Position numbers and translations under genes: made by a program. A DNA stretch of 64,000 nt from Candidatus Kaiserbacteria bacterium. Lineage in GTDB: Bacteria > Patescibacteriota > Minisyncoccia > Phycocordibacterales > UBA2100. The stretch lies in NCBI GenBank assembly GCA_028286865.1, contig JAQBQU010000017.1:14395-78394 (forward strand). Direction: 5' to 3'. The notes beneath the pieces are model-generated. The model did not search any database. It was not told the DNA's origin and saw nothing but the letters and a program-made list of their open reading frames with translations. Shown here piece by piece: positions 47,374 to 55,107 of the stretch (its first letter is position 1; the number at the start of each line of letters is the position of its first letter).

Positions 47374-47766
47374 ATGAGGCGTTGGATCGTCACATTTGTT
47401 CTGTTGGCGCTGATCACCTTCAACGATGCTGGAGCGCAGTCTCGGGCCGATGACGTGGTCGAGGTCGGCGTTATCGGCAGTATGTTGATCATAACGGCGT
47501 GCGATACGCCGAAGGATCTGCTTGCGGTGGTCTCGTCGAATTCGAGCACGGAGAAGGAAAGAGTTCTGAAGAAGATGATCGCCGCGCGAAAATGCCAGGT
47601 CGGGTACGGCGTGCGGGTAAAGGTCCTCGATCTCTTGCAGCCGGTACAGATCGGCGCGCTCCAACTTTGTCTGATGAAGGTCGGGACGGGAGAGAACTTC
47701 ACCGAGAAGGTCTCCTACATCGTCATGGGGCTCCGAAGCGTGCGCGGCTGCGGGGTATCAATATAA
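47374..47766 (+). CDS. small secreted protein gamma (130 aa, signal peptide)
   Basis: SD GGGGGAG-N8-ATG, with signal peptide MRRWIVTFVLLALITFNDAGAQS. A terminator follows at 47789-47830. Confidence 0.5.
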   Translation: MRRWIVTFVLLALITFNDAGAQSRADDVVEVGVIGSMLIITACDTPKDLLAVVSSNSSTEKERVLKKMIAARKCQVGYGVRVKVLDLLQPVQIGALQLCLMKVGTGENFTEKVSYIVMGLRSVRGCGVSI

Positions 47767-47788
47767 GTTCATTTTCCGCATCTAGAAT

Positions 47789-47830
47789 AGCCGCTCGAGA
47801 CCAAAGCCGTCTTGAGCGGCTTTGTGTTTT
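47789..47830 (+). terminator. rho-independent terminator (GCCGCTCGAG-loop-CTTGAGCGGC + TTTGTGTTTT)
   Basis: 10-bp stem plus a U-rich tail. Confidence 0.65.
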
Positions 47831-47850
47831 GCGGCGGCCGGATATACTTC

Positions 47851-48033
47851 ATGAATATGAATACACGAATCGTAGAGATCATTATTGGAGCGGTCATTAT
47901 TATCCTCGCCGGCATCGTTATTTATGTAACCATGCACAACAGGGCAGCGAGCCAGAGGCAGGGGACGGAGCAGCTCACCGCAGAACAAGTGGTCGGTCTC
48001 GAGGTGCAAGCAGATGCTCAGAATAATCAGTAG
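47851..48033 (+). CDS. small single-TM protein alpha-2 (about 58-60 aa)
   Basis: MNMNTRIVEIIIGAVIIILAGIVIYVTMHNRAASQRQGTEQLTAEQVVGLEVQADAQNNQ, with the same conserved upstream box as alpha-1. Confidence 0.55.
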   Translation: MNMNTRIVEIIIGAVIIILAGIVIYVTMHNRAASQRQGTEQLTAEQVVGLEVQADAQNNQ

Positions 48034-48142
48034 AAGAATCGTTCAAAGACGAAGTCGATCGGTGTGGGTTTGACAGGGTAGGGCAGGAGGTAGATGCTAG
48101 CCAGTAGTCCGCATTCAGCGGTGATATTTGGAGGGACAACAG

Positions 48143-48586
48143 ATGGCCTACAAAGAGGCGGGGACATACGTGCGCCCCACACACATGAATGCCCGCAAGA
48201 ATGCCCGTCGCGCCGCGGAGAAGAAACATCCCGGCGAGCCGATGGCCTGGTGCGGCGGCAAGCTCTGCTTCCTGAGCAACGGCTTCGTCGTTCCTGGTAC
48301 ACCGGTGCTGCCCAAGCCGCACCGGAAAGCTATCGGCTTCGAAGCTTCCGGTGCACAACGCCTGGCTGTCATTCCGAGCTTTGGTGCCTCGCGCGAGTTC
48401 GGCGAAGGCGGCTTCTACGGGTTTCACCCGTCGAAGAAGACCGATTCTGCCACGACTTTCTACGATCACGAGCGCAAGCACGGCGCCGCCAATGATCGCG
48501 ATCGGTCGCGTAGCAGCCATCGTCCCGAAAGCTACGTCAGCGGCGGCGGTGACTACGAAGGAGGGTATCGCGGCGGTCGCTCCTGA
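48143..48586 (+). CDS. hypothetical protein (147 aa), Gly/Arg-rich C-terminus
   Basis: SD GGAGGGACAACAG-ATG. GC3-biased. Preceded by the conserved TTGACA-containing motif at 48068-48104. Confidence 0.5.
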   Translation: MAYKEAGTYVRPTHMNARKNARRAAEKKHPGEPMAWCGGKLCFLSNGFVVPGTPVLPKPHRKAIGFEASGAQRLAVIPSFGASREFGEGGFYGFHPSKKTDSATTFYDHERKHGAANDRDRSRSSHRPESYVSGGGDYEGGYRGGRS

Positions 48587-48611
48587 TCTTCAGTACAGAT
48601 TTCTTCCCTCA

Positions 48612-48652
48612 GCGGGCTGCGTTCGAAAGAGCGCAGCCTGTTCCTTTTGTTG
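48612..48652 (+). terminator. rho-independent terminator (GGCTGCG-loop-GCGCAGCC + T-rich)
   Basis: 7-bp stem plus TGTTCCTTTTGTT. Confidence 0.6.
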
Positions 48653-48723
48653 TGGCTTTTGAAAAGAATTGACCCGCATCTTCATAAATGACATAGTCTC
48701 ATAAGCAAGAAAGGGACGAACTC

Positions 48724-49170
48724 ATGACAGAGAAAATGCTTTTGGCGCCATCGGAGCCGACCGAGGCATCGTTCTGCGCCCTGGTGAAGACGGCGATAGA
48801 GTCCCGGCGCACTCACTATTATAGAATTCGCGATGAGGCGCGTATCGGATCAGCGTTTCTGTTTTCGGTGTGGCATTACGCAAAACTTCCCGAGAATAAA
48901 AGTGGAAGAAACAATCTTGCGAATGTCGTCCGCCTCTGCGATCATCTCGATCTCGACCTGAAAGCCTGCCTCGCCGCATGCAAGATCAAGGGTGATCTAT
49001 TCCACATCGACAAGGCGCGTGCGACATTGCTCGAGCTTTCTATCCCAGATCTCGAATTTGTCATTCATCAGATGAAGTCCGACAAAGCGACAAAGATCGG
49101 CATTAACCGTATTCGCCAGTATCTGCAGTACCGTCGTTCCGTAGAAGAGGAGAAAAAGGAGTCAGGCTAA
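48724..49170 (+). CDS. hypothetical cytoplasmic protein (148 aa)
   Basis: SD AAGAAAGGGACGAACTC-ATG. No motif recognised. Confidence 0.5.
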   Translation: MTEKMLLAPSEPTEASFCALVKTAIESRRTHYYRIRDEARIGSAFLFSVWHYAKLPENKSGRNNLANVVRLCDHLDLDLKACLAACKIKGDLFHIDKARATLLELSIPDLEFVIHQMKSDKATKIGINRIRQYLQYRRSVEEEKKESG

Positions 49171-49226
49171 CGCGCCTGGCTCTTTCTATTTGTGGCTTTT
49201 GGAAGAGGAACTGATACGATTTTGAT

Positions 49227-49433
49227 ATGGCTCTGGCAAAAAAGGTAATCAAGAAAAAGAAGAGCGAGATCGTCAGGGGATTTACGATCAAGTATCACGC
49301 CAATGGCACGACCGTGTGGTCTAAGGGCAAAATGAAAGGCGGGAAGCCAAACGGCTATTGGGAATGGTATCGCCTCGACGGCACCCTCAAGCGCTCGGGC
49401 TTCTTCAAGGATGGGGTGACAGTAGGCAAGTAG
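49227..49433 (+). CDS. MORN-variant repeat (YwqK-like) small protein (68 aa)
   Basis: GYWEWYRLDGTLKRSGFFKDG matches the MORN_2 repeat (G.W..Y..nG.l...G.y.nG). Confidence 0.5.
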   Translation: MALAKKVIKKKKSEIVRGFTIKYHANGTTVWSKGKMKGGKPNGYWEWYRLDGTLKRSGFFKDGVTVGK

Positions 49434-49518
49434 ACCACGTATGACTCAAAAGGGAAGGTCCATAAAGTCACAGAAAACAAGTAGTTTGACAGGGAATAGG
49501 GAGAGGTAGATGCTAGCG

Positions 49519-49697
49519 GCATGATTCCGGTAATAGAGTTCATATTGAACTGGGTATTTATGCCTATTTTCTATATAGGATATGCGGCCTGGAAGGCCGT
49601 CACTCACGTTCTTAGACATCCGCTTGTTGTCGCTGTCGCAGGTCTTGTAATAGGGACGATCATTCTAAACGCCCTTGGTTACATTGAATTTAAATAG
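49519..49697 (+). CDS. small membrane protein (58 aa), not in ORF track
   Basis: MIPVIEFILNWVFMPIFYIGYAAWKAVTHVLRHPLVVAVAGLVIGTIILNALGYIEFK. The ATG directly follows the second copy of the conserved TTGACA motif (a leaderless-type start). GC is about 44%. Confidence 0.4.
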
Positions 49698-49726
49698 CTT
49701 TTGGGAGGGGAATTGGTAGGATTTGG

Positions 49727-50845
49727 GTGCATGGCGGAGTCAATATGAAAGCCTACTTTCAGACAGAGAAGTACAAGCGTTATTGCTTTGCAATTGCTCG
49801 CAGAGCACGCAAAAGAAGAAGGCAGCGAAAAGTATCCATCCGTATTCTACGGCAAGTTCTACTTGGGAAAGATACTAACTCTGCAAGTCGCATAAGGGAT
49901 TTTGCCGACTACAAGCTGCATGTAGTAGCTCCAGTTGATTGTTGTTTTTTAACTAACATTGAAGAAGTCACAACATTTATAAACAAGCTGGAAGAGCATA
50001 GGGCAGCACGATCAAGAGTATTCGTGGTTCTCAAGAAGGTCGAAAAGTTTGATTATGCAGCAATATCGGTGCTACTTTCAGTCATGTCCACTTTTAAGTT
50101 GGAGCGGACGGGATTTAATGGCGATTTTCCAGCGAATCGTGAGGCAAGAAAGCTGATTGTGGAGTCTGGTTTCTTCGACCATATAAATCGAAAACGTTCC
50201 GAAAAGGAGGAAGATTTGGGATATATAAGAGGTAAAGACAATCAAATATTCACTCACCTAAACACCAATGTTGTTCCGGAACTTGGGTTACCTATTCTTG
50301 AGCAGGCTTCAACTACTGTTTGCGGTGAAAAAAAGGCCAATGGGGGTCTTCACAGTGTACTGATGGAACTAATGCAAAATACTAACAACCATGCCGCTTC
50401 GGGCATAAAAGGGGAGAAGCATTGGTGGCTGTCTGTAAATCACAATGCCGTAAATAAACTTGTCAGTTTCTCATTCATAGATCACGGAGTAGGAGTATTA
50501 ACGAGCCTAGATAGAAAGCCTCCTTCCAGTAGGTGGCACAGAGCTGTACAAAATGCTGCAAAAACTTTTGGCATAGAAAGTAATGAAAACTTCATAGAAG
50601 CGCTTTTGTCGGGAAAAATCCATCAGACCGTCACAAAAAAGTCCTATCGAGGCAAGGGATTGCCAAATATCAAGCGAATGCTAGATTTCAATAAGATTGG
50701 TAACTTACAGATAATTACCAATAATGTCTACGCAAATGTGGCCAAGAAGGAATATAGGCTGCTAAATCAGGATTTTAAAGGAACCTTCTTCTACTGGGAG
50801 CTTTCCTCTGAAAATGAATTTAAACCATGGACAATAATCTCATAA
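49727..50845 (+). CDS. STAS-like + GHKL (histidine-kinase/anti-sigma-kinase-like) ATPase protein, low-GC
   Basis: Bergerat-fold motifs: N-box LMELMQNTNNHA, G1 IDHGVGV, G2 YRGKGLPNIKRML. N-terminal region is basic (RRARKRRRQRK) followed by a STAS-like segment (VFVVLKKVEKFDYAAISVLLSVM...ARKLIVESGFFDHI). GC is about 40%. An alternative ATG start is at 49745. Confidence 0.65.
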   Translation: MHGGVNMKAYFQTEKYKRYCFAIARRARKRRRQRKVSIRILRQVLLGKDTNSASRIRDFADYKLHVVAPVDCCFLTNIEEVTTFINKLEEHRAARSRVFVVLKKVEKFDYAAISVLLSVMSTFKLERTGFNGDFPANREARKLIVESGFFDHINRKRSEKEEDLGYIRGKDNQIFTHLNTNVVPELGLPILEQASTTVCGEKKANGGLHSVLMELMQNTNNHAASGIKGEKHWWLSVNHNAVNKLVSFSFIDHGVGVLTSLDRKPPSSRWHRAVQNAAKTFGIESNENFIEALLSGKIHQTVTKKSYRGKGLPNIKRMLDFNKIGNLQIITNNVYANVAKKEYRLLNQDFKGTFFYWELSSENEFKPWTIIS

Positions 50846-51162
50846 CACTAGCTACGGATTTCTCTATAACGCCAGGTCCTCGATCTATAGTCGAGGGCCC
50901 GTTTTCAGGTGAAAAGTTTAGAGATGAAATTCTCGCGCCTAGATTTTTAGCTGCTCTCGAAAATGGCGGTACCCTTACAGTTAATTTGGATGGTGCGGTT
51001 GGATATGGGACAAGCTTTCTTGAGGAAGCTTTCGGTGGACTCGCGAGACTCTATGGCATCCAGGAGGTTAAGCAAACTATCCGAATAATTTCTAACGAGG
51101 AACCGTATCTAAAGGATGACGTCATGCAATATATAGACGAAGCAAATGACCAAGTTAAATAA
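50827..51162 (+). CDS. DUF4325/STAS-like domain protein (111 aa)
   Basis: TVNLDGAVGYGTSFLEEAFGGLARLYG matches the DUF4325 core (..DF.gV....sSF.dE.fG.L....G). It overlaps the upstream gene by 19 nt. Confidence 0.6.
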   Translation: MDNNLITLATDFSITPGPRSIVEGPFSGEKFRDEILAPRFLAALENGGTLTVNLDGAVGYGTSFLEEAFGGLARLYGIQEVKQTIRIISNEEPYLKDDVMQYIDEANDQVK

Positions 51163-51772
51163 AACTTACTTTCCGATTGCACTTATAATCTTGCTCGTCG
51201 GGACACTTCTTGGTTTTTGTGCCTACGCGTATTCTGAAAATTACTTATTTATCGATTATCAAAAAGGGTTGCAATTGTCACTCGATCCAATCGAGATTTT
51301 TTCTATAGCGATCAATATATTGCTCGCTGTATGGATACTGCGAAAATTGAGTCGGGACGATGATAGTGAAAAGGTTGAGCGTGATTTGATAATCCGCTAC
51401 TTCGAAGACTTCGATAAAGACTTAATGCGGGCGGTAAGAAAGTCTTCTCAAAATGGTGTTAAGTATGCGTTTGTCGTAGCTGCTCTCAAGGAGCTGAGAA
51501 TTCGTCTGTTAAGACTTTTATCTCTTGCGATTGAGCAGGGATTTATAACTAATGATTCTGTATGTACGATAGCGCTCCCGGAGCACTTAAAAGGCCTTAG
51601 AAAGCTTTTGACTACGACTCCGCGAAAAGGGGCCGTAGAGGATGGGATCAGAGTTGAGGAAGGAAAGCTGTATTTTTCGGATGAGCATATAAATAAAATA
51701 AATGCAGCAATGTTCGAGACAAACAATGGAGTTTTCCGACTTCTGGTCGAAGTTACGCGTGCTCGACGGTAG
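51146..51772 (+). CDS. 2-TM membrane protein with cytoplasmic domain (208 aa), third gene of the low-GC cassette
   Basis: Overlaps the upstream gene by 17 nt. Two N-terminal TM helices then a charged helical domain. About 38% GC. Confidence 0.55.
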   Translation: MTKLNKTYFPIALIILLVGTLLGFCAYAYSENYLFIDYQKGLQLSLDPIEIFSIAINILLAVWILRKLSRDDDSEKVERDLIIRYFEDFDKDLMRAVRKSSQNGVKYAFVVAALKELRIRLLRLLSLAIEQGFITNDSVCTIALPEHLKGLRKLLTTTPRKGAVEDGIRVEEGKLYFSDEHINKINAAMFETNNGVFRLLVEVTRARR

Positions 51773-52398
51773 CATTCAATCTTTTTTAATCCTATTAATC
51801 AGATTGGGTCAACGCGGACCATTGATACGGTCCGCAGATATAAGCCAAAAAAGGGGAGAGTAAGTCCCCTGAATATTGTAATGAATTTCCTTCCGCATAA
51901 AAAATTTAGCCGCCAGAAAATAAAGAAATCCTACGTCGCACACGCATTCAACAACACGGTGCCTTTAACGAATCTCATCTCCAATCAGTATCCACCTAGA
52001 GGGAAGAGGGCTTTGTTATTTACTTACAGCGTCGCACAATATATCTTTTGCGACACGTAGGCCCAGGCAATAAGGCCGGAATGGCTTGAGCCGGACTTTG
52101 TATCGAATTGGATTCCGCATGTATGTCTCAGTCCGTTTAAATCCCGCTCACACTCCCCTCTAGATCTCTATAAATATATTCTATAAATATATTCTGTCCT
52201 GGATCCCCTGATACTGATATCAACTTTTACTCAAAAAAAGGTCTTTTTGCCAAACCGCCGTGTCCCCCGTTTTTCCGAAATTTCCGGGGGACTCGGATGC
52301 CCGATAATTGCCATTTATATATTTCTGAATAAAACGACTCATTTAAATCGCTCAGGAGCTTTGGCAACGCGTTCGAGTCGATACTTGGTACGGCTCGT

Positions 52399-52427
52399 TT
52401 AAAGAAAAAGACCCGTTGTCCGGGTCG
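52399..52427 (-). terminator. rho-independent terminator for minus strand (GACCCG-GACAA-CGGGTC + TTTTTCTTT)
   Basis: Lies immediately downstream of the DUF1059 gene stop on the minus strand. Confidence 0.6.
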
Positions 52428-52445
52428 TTTGTCTTTTCGGAGCAT

Positions 52446-52661
52446 TTATTCGTCCTCGAGCGAATCAAACTTCACTTTGAACTCGCTCATCCACTTATCG
52501 TTCACGTCTTTCGGATTGTTCATAATATTCTTCGCTTGCTCCGGATGCGCTTCCTGAAGATGCTTCCAGCCGGTGTCGATCATGCCTTCGGCCGTCGGTG
52601 CCATAAGAACGACCTTACAATCTGCCGGTCCGCCCATGTTCGAACAAAGTATCTGCTTCAT
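52446..52661 (-). CDS. DUF1059-family small metal-binding protein
   Basis: MKQILCSNMGGPADCKVVLMAPTAEGMIDTGWKHLQEAHPE matches the DUF1059 pattern (MK.F.C.D.G.DC.f.a.a.teeEl......Ha.e.H). Confidence 0.6.
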   Translation of the reverse strand: MKQILCSNMGGPADCKVVLMAPTAEGMIDTGWKHLQEAHPEQAKNIMNNPKDVNDKWMSEFKVKFDSLEDE

Positions 52662-53190
52662 AGATATGGTGTTACGGATAAGTCCTCAAATCGTATCACG
52701 AGCGCGCTTGATGAAGAATGTGCTTTACGGCCAATAGAATGGCGCTACAGTAATGGTGTCAGGGCCGTCACGAAAGACTCCATTCCGGAGTCATACCGAA
52801 TGTGGCGTTTTCCTGGCCCTCCCATACGCCGGCTGTCGGTCGCGGGAGGTTTCTATTTCGGGTATACTCGGCAGATCCTGGCAGCGTAGCGTTTTGCCCG
52901 GACGTCGACCGTTGTCGACATGTTCGTTGCGTAGTGTTGTAGCGTAGTTCGGTTGTTCTGCGTGAGCGGGGCCCGATGCAAAAGCGATCTGTGGATCGTC
53001 TGGAGCATCGGGTCCTTCACTTTGACCGTTTTTCCTACTGTATACTACGAGCAGCCAAAGCCGATATTGGGGCATTACGTCCCGCTATCGGCATCAGCTC
53101 TTTCGATCGCCCGAAGCCTCTTTACTGATCACTTTGTGATCATCAAAAGAGGCTCTCGGGCCTTCTTTGTATAACTGGTATTGTGTCTCT

Positions 53191-53823
53191 ATGTATAAAG
53201 ATAAGATAAAAGCCGCTCTGACTCCCCTCGAGCGGAAACTTTTTACGAAGCTCAGTACGCCGCAGAAGATCCAGGACTATCTCGATTCCCTTCCTATTAA
53301 TTTTGAAACTGCGGGAGAGACGTATATGTCACCGCGACGTACGATCGCGACGAAGACCGCGCATTGCTTCGAAGGTGCTTTACTTGCGGGAGCTGTACTT
53401 GCATATCATGGCGCCAAGCCGCTGCTGCTCGACTTGAAGACCGCGCCGAATGACCAGGACCATGTAGTGGCCCTCTTCAGGCAGAACGGCTTCTGGGGCG
53501 CCATCAGCAAGACAAATCATGCGGTCTTGCGCTATCGCGACCCGATATATAAAAGCGTGCGCGAGCTCGCGCTTTCGTACTTCCACGAGTATTTTCTGAA
53601 GTCCGGTAAAAAGACACTTCGCTCGTATTCTGCTCCCTTTGACCTAAGCACGTATAAGCCCGAGGAATGGGTCACGACCGAAGAGGAGCTTTTCGATCTT
53701 GTGCAGGATCTCGATACGAGTCGCCACTTCCCTCTTGTGCCGACTAAAAATCTCAGACTGCTTCGCAAAGCCACGAAGTTCGAAATTGATACCGTCGAGG
53801 CCCGCGAATGGCCCGAGAAATAA
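53191..53823 (+). CDS. papain-fold (transglutaminase-like/C39-like) putative cysteine peptidase-like protein
   Basis: TAHCFEGALLAGAVLAYHGAKP and DHVVALFRQNGFWGAIS resemble the TGase-like Cys and His motifs. The Asp position is unclear. Confidence 0.4.
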   Translation: MYKDKIKAALTPLERKLFTKLSTPQKIQDYLDSLPINFETAGETYMSPRRTIATKTAHCFEGALLAGAVLAYHGAKPLLLDLKTAPNDQDHVVALFRQNGFWGAISKTNHAVLRYRDPIYKSVRELALSYFHEYFLKSGKKTLRSYSAPFDLSTYKPEEWVTTEEELFDLVQDLDTSRHFPLVPTKNLRLLRKATKFEIDTVEAREWPEK

Positions 53824-53832
53824 ATTGAAAGC

Positions 53833-55107
53833 CTAGAGCGCCGGCAGATACAAGAGCGGATTCACGTAGCCGTTGAACGGAGATACCGGCACACGCACCG
53901 TGCCGCCGCTATTGCACTTGTAGTTGATGAAGCTCACGCTCGAGGAGTTGTAGACGGTGAAGTGAAGGTGCGGCCCGGTCGCGTAACCGGTCTCTCCGCT
54001 ATAAGCAAGCAGGTCGCCGGTGCCGACGCTCTGCCCGGCGGAAACCTTGATCGATGAAAGGTGCGCGTAAAGGGTAGAAAGTCCGTCGGCGTGCTTCACC
54101 AATACCCACTTACCATACTGACAATTCGGAGAGGTTCCCAGATTGATCTCTTGTACCGTGCCGGAGAGCGCTGCGTGGACCGGCGTCCCGATGGCGGCAC
54201 CGAGGTCGATGCCGTTGTGACCGTTGCCCTTATACGCTGCCGTGCGTGAGAACTCCGTGTCGCCGAAGTACTGTGTGATTCGTACCGAATCAAGCGGCCA
54301 GCTTAGTACACTCGTCCCGGCGATCGGAATCGTGGTGTTGTCCGCTGCCTTAAGCTTCGACTGCAGCTGGCGGAGCGTCTCTTCGAAGCTCGCTTCCTGC
54401 GCCTTTTTCTGCGCGAGGATCGATTGATAGGTCGCTTCCTGCGACTTTGTCTGCGTGAGGAGTGTCGCCTGTGCGGTGCGGGTCACAGCCAGAGAGCCCT
54501 GCTGGGTCGTCAGCGTTTGCTGCTGCTTCAGAAGATCGGCAGCCTTCTGCTCCGCGGTCTTTTTCGAATCGCTCAGCGACTGCGCCTCCTGATTGAGTGT
54601 TTGAATATCCCCGCGTACAGATTCCTGAAGCGTCGCGGTGTTGTCGAGGTCCTGCCATGCCTGCGAAATGTTACTCGCGGAAAGTACTTTGAGCGAAAGC
54701 GGTACTTTTTCGGTCTGGTAGAGCGTGCGAAGCGATTCCGCGAGCCCGGCACGGTCGGTCTCGATCGTGCTTTGTTTGATGGCGATCGAGCCGGAAAGCT
54801 GCCGGATCTGCAGTTGGGTGGTGTTGATCTGTTTTTGGGTCACGGTGATCGAGGCCTGGAGCTTGTTCTTCTGCAGGTCGAGGGCCTTTATCTTATTGGT
54901 CAGTGTGTTTTTCTGCGCGGTCGTCGTGTTGAGCTGTGCCTGGTACTGTGCGATCTCTTTGTTGATGGCGTCGATCTGTGCGCTGTTGGTGTCTATCTGC
55001 GCCTGAAGGTCGGAGACGCTTTGTGAGTGCGCGGTGCGCGGCGTCGCAAGCGGCAGAACGAGAAAGAGGCACGCAAGTGCCAGTGTGAATACATATTTCT
55101 CTCTCAT
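53833..55107 (-). CDS. M23 family metallopeptidase with N-terminal coiled coil (EnvC/LytM-like)
   Basis: Signal peptide, then a long Q/L-rich coiled coil. The C-terminal M23 motifs are HNGIDLGAAIGTPVHA ... GETGYATGPHLHF. The start was trimmed to MREKY at 55107, which overlaps the gltX stop (ATGA). Confidence 0.8.
   Translation of the reverse strand: MREKYVFTLALACLFLVLPLATPRTAHSQSVSDLQAQIDTNSAQIDAINKEIAQYQAQLNTTTAQKNTLTNKIKALDLQKNKLQASITVTQKQINTTQLQIRQLSGSIAIKQSTIETDRAGLAESLRTLYQTEKVPLSLKVLSASNISQAWQDLDNTATLQESVRGDIQTLNQEAQSLSDSKKTAEQKAADLLKQQQTLTTQQGSLAVTRTAQATLLTQTKSQEATYQSILAQKKAQEASFEETLRQLQSKLKAADNTTIPIAGTSVLSWPLDSVRITQYFGDTEFSRTAAYKGNGHNGIDLGAAIGTPVHAALSGTVQEINLGTSPNCQYGKWVLVKHADGLSTLYAHLSSIKVSAGQSVGTGDLLAYSGETGYATGPHLHFTVYNSSSVSFINYKCNSGGTVRVPVSPFNGYVNPLLYLPAL

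Noticed and set aside
52166-52196. Tandem CTATAAATATATT repeat evaluated as a CRISPR-like array.
   Set aside because: Only two 13-nt copies with no spacers. It is simply an AT-rich tandem duplication.
52227-52445. 72-aa minus-strand ORF in the AT-rich spacer.
   Set aside because: It overlaps the DUF1059 terminator hairpin, has no RBS, and its composition is unlike coding regions.
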